A stretch of 64,000 bases of DNA from Candidatus Parcubacteria bacterium (GTDB lineage: Bacteria > Patescibacteriota > Minisyncoccia > Minisyncoccales > JAGMDC01). The stretch lies in contig JAGLYZ010000003.1 in the NCBI GenBank assembly GCA_023131895.1, positions 1,394 to 65,393 on the forward strand, read 5' to 3'. Below are positions 9,022 to 17,522 of this stretch, piece by piece (within the stretch, counting starts at the first letter, position 1; every line of letters begins with the position of its first letter). A program made the position numbers and the translations under genes. The notes under the pieces are model-generated. The model made no database searches and was not told the origin of the DNA. It saw only the letters and a list, made by a program, of their open reading frames with translations.

Positions 9022-9588
9022 ATGAAATCAGGATTCACTTTAATAGAGCTTTTATTAGTTGTTGCTATTATCTCTATTCTAACTGCTATAGTTACAATAG
9101 ATTATAGAACAGCAGGAAAAAAATTTTCCTTAGAAAGGTCTGCTAATAAATTAGCCCAAGAAATGCGAAAAACGCAGCAAATGACTATGTCAGCTGAACA
9201 AATTGGTTTACCTGGAGCAAAATTTTATCCGGAAGGAGGATATGGAATTCGTTTTGAAGAACCAGACGCTGGATCCCCCTTGGGTCAGGCATTTATTTTC
9301 GCTGATTGCGATAATAACGATCAATTTACACCCGGAAATGACATATGCAATGGCTCATTCTCTGAAAAAATTAAAGATATAGAATTAGAAAAAGACATTA
9401 AGATAAAGTCCCTTTTTCCTGTCTCTAATCTTGATATTACTTTTAAATCACCTGGCCCTACTATTATCTTTTTTTCTGAAAAAGCTGAATCGCTAGTACC
9501 TGAAGCTACAATAACCATTTCTTTTTTAGAAAACGGCAATACCAAAACTGTAAAAATCAACAAAGCTGGTTTAATAGAAGCAGAATAA
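9022..9588 (+). CDS. prepilin-type N-terminal cleavage/methylation protein (pilin/pseudopilin)
   Basis: The internal ATG at 9022 gives MKSGFTLIELLLVVAIISIL.... The upstream 46 codons of the tracked ORF (from 8884) are Tyr/Leu-rich AT-region read-through. Confidence 0.8.
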   Translation: MKSGFTLIELLLVVAIISILTAIVTIDYRTAGKKFSLERSANKLAQEMRKTQQMTMSAEQIGLPGAKFYPEGGYGIRFEEPDAGSPLGQAFIFADCDNNDQFTPGNDICNGSFSEKIKDIELEKDIKIKSLFPVSNLDITFKSPGPTIIFFSEKAESLVPEATITISFLENGNTKTVKINKAGLIEAE

Positions 9589-9607
9589 CAAAAATATAAT
9601 TATCTTT

Positions 9608-10117
9608 ATGAAAAACAAAGGTTTTACTATATTAGAGCTTTTAGTAACTATTTTTATTATTAGCATAGGCATATTAGGAGCTTCCGCGGCTATTAACAAA
9701 ACCATGAGTTTAACATCAAATTATTCCTCTAAACTTATTGCTGTTTCTCTTGCCCAAGAAGGTATTGAAATTGTTAGAAATATAAGAGACGGCAATTTTC
9801 TTGAGCAAAGGGCTTCTCCAGCTACACCTTGGAATGATGGATTTGTTACTCCTGGAGATTATGAAGCTGACTATACAATGGCAGATGGATTAGATAATTG
9901 GACTAACAGATATTTAAAAACCAATAGCAACGGTTTTTATTTTTATAGCGATAATCCTATTTATTCAGAAACTAAGTTTAAAAGAAAAATTACTATTTCG
10001 GAAATAGCCGATATTATAGACCCAAATTCCAGAGCAATCTTAGTTGAAGTATCTTGGCTGGAAAAAGGAGATACTAAAACAATTACTGCCAAAGAATATT
10101 TATGTAACTGGGAATAG
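9608..10117 (+). CDS. prepilin-type N-terminal domain protein (minor pilin)
   Basis: MKNKGFTILELLVTIFIISIGILG... Confidence 0.8.
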   Translation: MKNKGFTILELLVTIFIISIGILGASAAINKTMSLTSNYSSKLIAVSLAQEGIEIVRNIRDGNFLEQRASPATPWNDGFVTPGDYEADYTMADGLDNWTNRYLKTNSNGFYFYSDNPIYSETKFKRKITISEIADIIDPNSRAILVEVSWLEKGDTKTITAKEYLCNWE

Positions 10118-10242
10118 CAAGTCATACTAACATACTAACATTTTAACATTCTAACAAAATTCAATATAAAATGTTTATATGCTTACATGTTAGTACGTTA
10201 ATATGTTTAAATGTTAATATGTTAAAATGCTTAAATGTTAAA
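10118..10242. repeat. TAACAT/ATGTTA heptad palindromic element, copy B (inverted relative to copy A)
   Basis: CATACTAACATACTAACATTTTAACATTCTAACAAAATTCAATATAAAATGTTTATATGCTTACATGTTAGTACGTTAATATGTTTAAATGTTAATATGTTAAAATGCTTAAATGTTAAA. It ends at the ATG of the next pilin gene. Confidence 0.7.
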
Positions 10243-10824
10243 ATGACGAAAAGGGGTTTTACTTTAATGGAAATAATGGTTTCAGTAACTGCTTCTTTTT
10301 TGATTATAGGAGCTATCATCGGACTTTTTATTTCTATAAATCAATCTCAAAAAAGAATATTATCTACTTATGAACTTGTAAACCAAACCGGCTATGCTAT
10401 AGAATATATGAGCCGTGCGTTAAGAACAGGAGAAAAAGAATCAGGACAGGGGTGTCTTGCGTCTTCAGGATTGAATTATGAAATTCCAGTTATATATCAA
10501 ATTGGAGGAAATGAAAATTTAGGAACTGGCTTGAAATTTATAAATCATTTAGAGAATAATGACTGTCAGGAATTTTTTCTTGATGGAAGTCAACTAAAAT
10601 ACAGAAAAGGTATTGGAACCGTGAACGAACAAATATTAGCTTTAACTTCTAATGATCTTCAAATTATTGATTTTAAGTTTAAACTTTCAGGAAAAGACCA
10701 TGAAGACAATATTCAGCCAAGAATAACTATGCTTTTTGTTATTCAAGCTGGTGAAGAAGGGGCAAAAATCAATATTCAGACCACAGTGTCGCAAAGAAAC
10801 ATTGATACATATCAAATATATTAA
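10243..10824 (+). CDS. prepilin-type N-terminal domain protein (minor pilin)
   Basis: The ATG at 10243 gives MTKRGFTLMEIMVSVTASFLIIGAI.... The tracked start at 10171 lies inside the heptad repeat. Confidence 0.8.
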   Translation: MTKRGFTLMEIMVSVTASFLIIGAIIGLFISINQSQKRILSTYELVNQTGYAIEYMSRALRTGEKESGQGCLASSGLNYEIPVIYQIGGNENLGTGLKFINHLENNDCQEFFLDGSQLKYRKGIGTVNEQILALTSNDLQIIDFKFKLSGKDHEDNIQPRITMLFVIQAGEEGAKINIQTTVSQRNIDTYQIY

Positions 10825-10825
10825 A

Positions 10826-11206
10826 ATGGCAATCCAAAAATCAGAAAAAGGCGTTATTTTTTATTTAGCTTTAATAATACTGACTATTTCAATGGCTATT
10901 GTTTTAGGATTGAGTCCAATTTTAATAGGACAAATTAAAACAATCCAGCAAATGGAAAATTCAATGAAAGCATTTTTTGCGGCTGATACAGGGATAGAAA
11001 TAGCTCTTTATGACAAAAGCGAACCTGAATCAAGTTATTCAGGTTCTTTAAATGGCGCAACATACGAAGTAACAGTTGTCTGCAATGAGCTTTATTTAGA
11101 CTGCCCTTTTGGAATATGGGATAGTGACTGCAACGGTCATTTCTTTTGCTATGAGTCAATTGGCAGTTACAGAGAAATTAAAAGGGCAATTGAAATTATA
11201 AGATAA
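10826..11206 (+). CDS. PilX-like pilus-associated membrane-anchored protein (hypothetical)
   Basis: The ATG at 10826 gives MAIQKSEKGVIFYLALIILTISMAIVLG.... It is the last gene of the pilin cluster and begins 2 nt after the previous stop. Confidence 0.5.
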   Translation: MAIQKSEKGVIFYLALIILTISMAIVLGLSPILIGQIKTIQQMENSMKAFFAADTGIEIALYDKSEPESSYSGSLNGATYEVTVVCNELYLDCPFGIWDSDCNGHFFCYESIGSYREIKRAIEIIR

Positions 11207-11224
11207 AAAAAACAGACAATTTTT

Positions 11225-11812
11225 TTATGCTTTTTTAAAAATCACCTGGTCAATGATGCCGTATTCCTTTGCGTCCTGGGCTGATAAATAAAAATCTCTG
11301 TCAGTATCCTTTTCAATTCTGCTCAATGGCTGGTTTGTATGTTTAGCTAAAATTTTATTTAGCTTTTCTTTTATTTTAATAATCTGTTTTGCGGTAATTT
11401 CAATTTCTACTGCCGCCCCGCTTATGCCTCCACCGGCAACCTGATGAAGTAAAATTTCAGAATTAGGCAGGGCAAATCTTTTCCCTTTAGCGCCAGCGGC
11501 TAAAAGAATAGCGCCCATTGAAGCAGCTATGCCGATGCAAACCGTGGAAATAGGCGACTTAACATACTGCATTGTATCATAAATTGCCAAGCCGGAAGTT
11601 ACTACTCCGCCAGGAGTGTTGATATAAAGCTGGATATCTTTTTTCGGCTCCTGCGAAGCCAAAAAAAGCATCTGGGCAATAACTGAATTAGCCACTGAAT
11701 CAGTAATCGGTCCTGCTAAAAAAATAATTCTCTCTTTTAATAATCTAGAATAAATATCAAATGCCCGCTCTCCATATTTAGTTTTCTCAATGACAGTTGG
11801 AATCAAATTCAT
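11225..11812 (-). CDS. clpP: ATP-dependent Clp protease proteolytic subunit
   Basis: 195 aa: ...[22 protein letters not shown]...[14 protein letters not shown]...LLHQ... Confidence 0.9.
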   Translation of the reverse strand: MNLIPTVIEKTKYGERAFDIYSRLLKERIIFLAGPITDSVANSVIAQMLFLASQEPKKDIQLYINTPGGVVTSGLAIYDTMQYVKSPISTVCIGIAASMGAILLAAGAKGKRFALPNSEILLHQVAGGGISGAAVEIEITAKQIIKIKEKLNKILAKHTNQPLSRIEKDTDRDFYLSAQDAKEYGIIDQVIFKKA

Positions 11813-11827
11813 AGTATTTAAATTTTA

Positions 11828-13042
11828 CTATTTAGATTTATTAGATGTTTTTTTCTCTTTTGTCTTTTTCTCTTTTTTTTCTTCCTTGTCCGCCGTAGTC
11901 CCGCGTGGCGGGACGGGTTTTCCTTCTTCCGGGCTTCTAACATCTATTTTCCAGCCAGTTAATTTGGCTGCTAAACGGACATTTTGGCCATTTTTGCCAA
12001 TAGCTAAAGAAAGCTGATCTTCCGGCACCAAAACCAATGCCTTGTTTTTCGGCATAATCTTAACCTCTAAAACTTTGGCTGGAGACAAAGAATTCGCAAT
12101 ATATTTTTCAGGGGCATCAGAATATTCAATAATATCAATCTTTTCTCCGCCTAATTCATTAATCACTGCTGTAACCCTTGTTCCTCTTTGGCCAACCATA
12201 GCGCCAATAGGATCCATGCCTTCTGCGTCAGAACTAACAGCAATTTTTGAACGGGACCCAGCTTCTCTTGCAATTGACTTTATGAAAACCTGATCAGTTG
12301 AAATCTCTGGCACCTCCAACTCAAAAAGTTTTGAAACCATTTTGGGATAAGCCCTGGACAAAATAATCTGCGGTCCTTTAGGCGTGAGCTCCACATTTAA
12401 AACATAAAGCCGAAACCTCTGGTTAAGACGGTAAAATTCCCCTAAAATCTGCTCCTCTCTTGGCAAAATGCCAACTGTCTTGCCAATATCAAAGAAAACT
12501 GCTCTTTGCTCAATTCTCTGGACTAATCCAGAAATTATTTCTCCTATTTTTGATTCAAACTCCTGAAGAATTGACTCTCTTTCTACTTCTTTAATCTTTT
12601 GTAAAATTACCTGCTTGGCTGTCTGCGCCGCAATTCGGCCATAATCATCCTGTGTTTCTAAAGATAGCTCTAATTCATCCCCAACTTTTATCTTCGGCTC
12701 TATCTTTTTCGCTTCTTCAAATATAATATGCTTTTCTGGATTAAAACGGATTTTTTCCTCCTTGTCCGCCGAAGCTTCAGCAGAGGCGGATTCCTTTAAC
12801 TCCTCCAGTTCATCTTCAGAATAAATCATATCCTCTGAAACAACCATCTTTATCTGCCAAAATTTTACACTCCCTGTTTTTGGAGAAAGCTTAGCTTTAA
12901 TAATCTGCCCTTTTTTACCATAATCCTTTTTATAGGCAGCAGCCAATGCCTGCTCAATAACCTCAATCACTTTTTCTTGAGGGATGCCTTTTTCTTCAGC
13001 AATCTGTGTTACAGCTGATGTAAATGATTTAATTTCAAACAT
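11828..13042 (-). CDS. nusA: transcription termination/antitermination factor NusA
   Basis: 404 aa with N-terminal, S1 and two KH regions (...GMDPIGAMVGQRGTRV...AIGKNGQNVRLAAKLTGWKIDV...) and a Lys/Glu tail. Confidence 0.9.
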   Translation of the reverse strand: MFEIKSFTSAVTQIAEEKGIPQEKVIEVIEQALAAAYKKDYGKKGQIIKAKLSPKTGSVKFWQIKMVVSEDMIYSEDELEELKESASAEASADKEEKIRFNPEKHIIFEEAKKIEPKIKVGDELELSLETQDDYGRIAAQTAKQVILQKIKEVERESILQEFESKIGEIISGLVQRIEQRAVFFDIGKTVGILPREEQILGEFYRLNQRFRLYVLNVELTPKGPQIILSRAYPKMVSKLFELEVPEISTDQVFIKSIAREAGSRSKIAVSSDAEGMDPIGAMVGQRGTRVTAVINELGGEKIDIIEYSDAPEKYIANSLSPAKVLEVKIMPKNKALVLVPEDQLSLAIGKNGQNVRLAAKLTGWKIDVRSPEEGKPVPPRGTTADKEEKKEKKTKEKKTSNKSK

Positions 13043-13120
13043 AAAAAATTTTTAGAAAAGTCCGTTGAAAAGAACGGACTGTTTTTATAATAGCAAATCT
13101 AATAACTTTGTCAACTATTT

Positions 13121-13474
13121 GGTGGTGTTTGTTGGACGAAATCCGAACTTTCTTTGAGCAAAATCCAGAGGATTTTGCGGATTGAATCCCGCCCAGCGTT
13201 TCCGCCCGCCTTTGCTTCGCTACGGCGAGCAAAACAGAAAAATTTTCTAAACATTTTTTAATCGCCTGCCCCAAATTTTTTTCAATTAAGGAAAAGAAAA
13301 TTTTTCTGTTTTGATATTCTACTAACGCAGAATTGCGGAAACGCTTTCCCACCCCATAGTCCCGCTTTGCGGGACTGGCAAGCTGGCAAAAATTCATTTT
13401 CCCTACACCCCTTTTTCTTTTTGCCCGCCTGTTCTTTGACTCTGTCCTGAAAATTTTTTTGGCTGGCGTCGGGG
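13121..13474. repeat. structured ~350-bp repeat, copy X1 (body 13121-13377, 41-bp palindromic core 13385-13425, tail to 13474)
   Basis: The body is about 80% identical to the reverse complement of 21064-21314. 13378-13474 is 100% identical to the reverse complement of 14865-14961. Confidence 0.85.
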
Positions 13475-13501
13475 ATATATTAAGAGAGAGCAAACATAAG
13501 G

Positions 13502-13993
13502 TTACAAACCCAGCCGTTCAATCATATCTTTTTTCAGATTTATTGCAAAATTTCTCGCATCTTCTAAATCTTTTTTATTAGGTCTGCCTTTGTTTAGTCC
13601 ACCAGTAAATTTCAAAAATGGAATGTATCTATCAAAAAGATATGTATCAAACCCTCTACAAGAAAACTTCCCTACAATATCAAACCCCTTTTCTAACAAT
13701 TTTTTAAAAAGTGGCCGATGATAAAACCATACAGGACCTATACCTCTTGTTGAAAAAATAAATGCCTTTTTGTTTTTCATTATAGGTAGATTATCAACAA
13801 GAGCAAGTAATGCTTTATGCTGTTTAAAAAAATAAATTCCTGAGCCAAACCCAATGAGGTCGTATTTGGAAAGAGTATTCACCTCAATCTTATTGGGTCT
13901 CAATAATTCTGCATTAAAGATTTTAGCCATTTCTTTAGCAATTTTTTCTGTATTACCATTATGTATTGATATGTAAATAATTAGAGTTTTCAT
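13502..13993 (-). CDS. flavodoxin-like fold protein
   Basis: 163 aa: MKTLIIYISIHNGNTEKIAKEMA...IGFGSGIYFFK... Confidence 0.6.
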   Translation of the reverse strand: MKTLIIYISIHNGNTEKIAKEMAKIFNAELLRPNKIEVNTLSKYDLIGFGSGIYFFKQHKALLALVDNLPIMKNKKAFIFSTRGIGPVWFYHRPLFKKLLEKGFDIVGKFSCRGFDTYLFDRYIPFLKFTGGLNKGRPNKKDLEDARNFAINLKKDMIERLGL

Positions 13994-14451
13994 ATTAACA
14001 TTTCTAGATTTTTAAACTCCTCTTTTGCGTGTTTTTCAAGCGCCTCTTCAAATGCTTTTGTAAGATAAAATTTTTTCAAAAGCAAATCGATTATTTTACC
14101 GAATAATCCTTTGTATCCAACCTCTATTTTATGAATTACTTTCGCGCCTGTGTTCGTAGATTCGAAAGCTAACGAAAAATAACCAGAAATAAGCGATTTC
14201 CATTTATAAAGCAAAAATCTATTTGGTTCAACCTTTACAAGTTTTCCAGTAAGTTTTAATCTGAAGTGGTTAAATTGTTCATCTAAATAGACAATACTTC
14301 CCATTTCATTGGGTGTTCGTTTAATAGTCTTCCATGCTTTATGGGCGGGGTGCCACTTCTTATATTTCTCATCATCCAAATCGAGAATCCAGTTATATAT
14401 CTGTTCTGGAGTTTTGCCTTTTATCTCAATTTTCGTAATTATAATAATCAT
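13990..14451 (-). CDS. SRPBCC/START-like hypothetical protein
   Basis: 153 aa. Composition and length fit the SRPBCC fold. ATGA overlap with the flavodoxin-like gene. Confidence 0.4.
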   Translation of the reverse strand: MIIIITKIEIKGKTPEQIYNWILDLDDEKYKKWHPAHKAWKTIKRTPNEMGSIVYLDEQFNHFRLKLTGKLVKVEPNRFLLYKWKSLISGYFSLAFESTNTGAKVIHKIEVGYKGLFGKIIDLLLKKFYLTKAFEEALEKHAKEEFKNLEMLI

Positions 14452-14520
14452 ATTATCTCTCCCTCATAAGTTTATAGATTTTTTTATTTATTAGATTTTT
14501 CTAAAGCGAGGTTAGGAATT

Positions 14521-14733
14521 TCATTTTATTAAATCGCCAATATCAACCTTTAATGCTTTAGCGATTTTCGTTAAAGTTTCAATAGTGGGATTTGGATTTT
14601 CACCAGATTCAATTTTTACAATAGTATTATAAGCGACATCAGCAAACTTAGAAAGCTTATCTTGAGAAATCTCAAGTTTCTTTCTATAATGCTTGATATT
14701 TTTCGCTATTGTGGATAATCTTCTTGTTGACAT
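14521..14733 (-). CDS. XRE-family helix-turn-helix transcriptional regulator
   Basis: 70 aa: ...IKHYRKKLEISQDKLSKFADVAYNTIVKIESGENPNPTIETLTKIAKALKV... Confidence 0.85.
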   Translation of the reverse strand: MSTRRLSTIAKNIKHYRKKLEISQDKLSKFADVAYNTIVKIESGENPNPTIETLTKIAKALKVDIGDLIK

Positions 14734-14864
14734 TTGACTAATAATTTAATACTATTATAGTAGATGTTAGATATTAGATATAGTATATTTTTTCTCATTA
14801 ACTAATATAATGATACTAAATTATTTTAGTAATGTAAAGCAGCAAATTTATCTTTTTCGATTTG

Positions 14865-14999
14865 CCCCGACGCCAGCCAAAAAAATTTTCAGGACAGAGT
14901 CAAAGAACAGGCGGGCAAAAAGAAAAAGGGGTGTAGGGAAAATGAATTTTTGCCAGCTTGCTTATTCACTCTCTGATTTAGAATTTTATTGCTCCTGAT
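14865..14999. repeat. partial repeat copy X3 (tail + core 14914-14954 + 38-bp S1 arm 14962-14999)
   Basis: 14865-14961 is the exact reverse complement of 13378-13474. 14962-14999 matches the reverse complement of 20977-21014 at 35/38. Confidence 0.85.
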
Positions 15000-15005
15000 T
15001 TTTCT

Positions 15006-15087
15006 CTATAACGAATCGAGGATAAAAGAAATTCTGCGAGGCAGAATTTGGACGGAGCAAAGCGGAGTCTTTTATCCTCTGTTATCG
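15006..15087 (-). other. attC-like folded palindrome 4
   Basis: The minus strand reads CGATAAC-A-GAGGATAAAAGA-(38 nt)-TCTTTTATCCTC-GATTC-GTTATAG. Confidence 0.55.
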
Positions 15088-15170
15088 GAGTCTTGGCAAG
15101 CTGAGACCGAGCCACGAAGTGGCGAAGAGTTGCGGGGCTTTAATTTTTGTCATTAAAAGTTTTTTTCTCT

Positions 15171-16298
15171 TCACTCAGTTGTAGGATATAAAAGTCTTTC
15201 CCCTGATGCGACTCTCTTTACTAAATCTAAATTAACAAGTCTACAAAGGTCTTCTACTTTAGATTTAGCTGAATAGAAACCTAATGGATGATTTTCCATT
15301 GGAGGTATCCAAGAATCCTTATAGATAGTAACCCTAAGTTGTTCTATTTCTTGAATTTCATCATTATTGAGTTCATGATCAAAATATAAGAAAAGTTTCA
15401 TTTCGTCTGTGATATTTTTTTGCATGGCTTGCATTACAACTAGACTTTCAAATTTTTTGCTGTCTCTAATATCTTCTAGGTCACATTCAATTATAGATGG
15501 TTTTGCCTTGCATCCACATTGTTTACTGTTTTCCTCTGTAATTAAATCTGAATTTGAAATCCATGGACAGGGTTCTGATTCGTTTTTGGCTATTGCTTTA
15601 CAATACTCTTCACAGTTAATTTCTCTTTTTACCGTGCATTTGTTATCAACGCAAATAGGTGTGAATTTCTCTAAATTTAGGCAGTGAGAACATTGTGGTG
15701 GTGAGTAATAAGGGCAAGTTGGCGGGCACTTTGCTTTCATCTCCTGTTCGATTTTTTCTTTACTCTCTTTATTCACAACATTTGGTGATTCTCTTTTACA
15801 TGGGTCTGGAGGTGGACAACATCTAATAAAATCCAAAAATACACAATCTGAATCTTTTTCACAATATTTTTCATTATCTATGACTTTTGTCTTTTGGCTA
15901 CAACAATCAAAATAACATGTCCAGTCATATCCAAAAACAAAATTGCCTGATTTCCTTTCTTTTACAGAAGAAGCTTTAATAAATTTACAATCGCGATCAA
16001 TAAGATTAATATTTTTATATCTTTGCCATTCATCATACCAAACAGAGTCTTTTCCAATCTCCTTAGAGCACATCACTTGGATAAAATCCTTTAATCTATT
16101 TTCACACAATCTTTTTTGTTCTTCTGCGTTGGCTGGAGGACCTGCCTCATCGCCGGCACCCATTTCAAAGTAAATATTACTACAATCTACCTTTACCTGT
16201 TGAGTTGGTTGACTGCTCCAAAGCCACAATCCACCAACTACAACAATTCCAATTACTAAACAAACTATTCCAATTTTAATTTTCTTTTCCATAGTCAT
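15171..16298 (-). CDS. membrane-anchored cysteine-rich hypothetical protein (cassette ORF)
   Basis: 375 aa with about 30 Cys. N-terminal anchor ...VVVGGLWLWSSQPTQQV. Confidence 0.55.
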   Translation of the reverse strand: MTMEKKIKIGIVCLVIGIVVVGGLWLWSSQPTQQVKVDCSNIYFEMGAGDEAGPPANAEEQKRLCENRLKDFIQVMCSKEIGKDSVWYDEWQRYKNINLIDRDCKFIKASSVKERKSGNFVFGYDWTCYFDCCSQKTKVIDNEKYCEKDSDCVFLDFIRCCPPPDPCKRESPNVVNKESKEKIEQEMKAKCPPTCPYYSPPQCSHCLNLEKFTPICVDNKCTVKREINCEEYCKAIAKNESEPCPWISNSDLITEENSKQCGCKAKPSIIECDLEDIRDSKKFESLVVMQAMQKNITDEMKLFLYFDHELNNDEIQEIEQLRVTIYKDSWIPPMENHPLGFYSAKSKVEDLCRLVNLDLVKRVASGERLLYPTTE

Positions 16299-16348
16299 AA
16301 TTTAATTGTATTAAAGTTAATAAATATTTTCAAAAGCCTCGCCATTTC

Positions 16349-16426
16349 CGATAACGTATCCCAGATATACGAAGTCCCGAAGGGATTTGAGCGTAACGAA
16401 GTGAAGCCGTATATCTGGTGTTAGAT
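16349..16426 (-). other. attC-like folded palindrome 3
   Basis: The minus strand reads ATCTAAC-A-CCAGATATACG-(36 nt)-CGTATATCTGG-GATAC-GTTATCG. The TAA inside ATCTAAC is the stop codon of the upstream ORF. Confidence 0.55.
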
Positions 16427-17173
16427 GTTGTAAATTTTTAGGGATTTTGCGAATCTTCTCTCCCTGTACAACAACATACCGGCATAGATAACGCTTACAT
16501 TTAAAACAATTTGGGAAACTATTTCTATAAAAATTATCAATGGATTAAATCCAAAGAATATGACATAGTCAATCGTTCCATCTAATAAACCATATACTGG
16601 TGGTACCAAAAGAAATGTCTCAAGCCACATATAGATAAACGGTATCATAGCAATGCTAAATAATGTTGCTCGTCCTAACCAGTTGTTTTTTATATCAAAA
16701 TGTAATGCTAACAATATGTTCAGCAGCATAAAAATAACGGGTATCCGAATTGAAGTTAATATAAAAACGAATTCTTCTAATCCCATCAGGTCCCCTAAAA
16801 TATATGAGCCAAACCACAGTGTAAAGGCGGGGAATAATCCGGGATGCTCTAATGCCATTTCAGGTGTCAATGAAGATGTACTTAAAGCGTCTATAGCCCC
16901 CCATGATGTTAAAATCACAAAAAACCAGATTGGAACCCCAATCAGACCACGATATAAGTCCCACTTATACAATTTTTTAAGATTACCTTCTGGTGGTTTA
17001 CTCATTAACATACTGATAAACAGAATTGTAAAGCCAGCAACAATAAATACCATTCCTAATGCGCCAATACCCGCTTGATCTTCTGTAATTTGCGGCTTTG
17101 ACATTGTATCCAAAACCATGAATATACCAATAATTCCTAAAATCAAACCAATTGCAAATATGATTTTTTTCAT
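16421..17173 (-). CDS. polytopic membrane protein (hypothetical, cassette ORF)
   Basis: 250 aa with about 7 hydrophobic helices. Confidence 0.55.
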   Translation of the reverse strand: MKKIIFAIGLILGIIGIFMVLDTMSKPQITEDQAGIGALGMVFIVAGFTILFISMLMSKPPEGNLKKLYKWDLYRGLIGVPIWFFVILTSWGAIDALSTSSLTPEMALEHPGLFPAFTLWFGSYILGDLMGLEEFVFILTSIRIPVIFMLLNILLALHFDIKNNWLGRATLFSIAMIPFIYMWLETFLLVPPVYGLLDGTIDYVIFFGFNPLIIFIEIVSQIVLNVSVIYAGMLLYRERRFAKSLKIYNI

Positions 17174-17244
17174 AATTAATCCTATTGAAAATCTTTATTA
17201 ATAAAACTTTTCCCGAGCAAAATCCCGTTAAGAAAATTTATTGC

Positions 17245-17345
17245 ATCTAACATCTGGGATATACGAAGTTTTTCTGGAACGAAGTGGAAGAAAAATTTGG
17301 GTGAGGGGCGAGCCGAGCCCCGAACCGTATATCCTCTTGTTGTAC
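17245..17345 (-). other. attC-like folded palindrome 2
   Basis: The minus strand reads GTACAAC-AAG-AGGATATACG-(60 nt)-CGTATATCCC-AGAT-GTTAGAT. Confidence 0.5.
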
Positions 17346-17522
17346 GCCCCGACGACTGAAGGGAGGAGAGCGCAGCGTGGCTTGAGTTCAAAAAATATTT
17401 TTCGTTCTTATCCATCAAATAGGCTTTCGTTTATTTCTTATAAATTTGATTTTTTCCTATTTTAAAAATGGAAGAGGGGTTAGGGGTGAATTTCATTTTT
17501 TATGGTCAACCATATCATTATA

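Noticed and set aside
13035-13493. 152-aa ORF, together with the ORFs at 14810-14998 and 21000-21281.
   Set aside because: They lie entirely on the X repeat copies. The shared peptide (..PTPAKKIFRTESKNRRAKRKRGVGKMNFCQLA) is simply the perfect inverted DNA repeat read on both strands. They have no RBS, overlap the nusA start, and the sequence is dominated by hairpins.
14710-14718. A fourth TGTGGATAA (DnaA-box) occurrence.
   Set aside because: It lies inside the XRE regulator coding sequence (codons R-L-S-T-I) and lacks the CAGTTT flank. I regard it as a chance match.
17182-17418. 78-aa and 74-aa ORFs in the 17174-17522 spacer, and the 81-aa ORF at 19218-19463.
   Set aside because: They cover the attC-like palindromes and GC-rich loops, have no start-site signals and no recognisable protein features. 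I treat them as non-coding.
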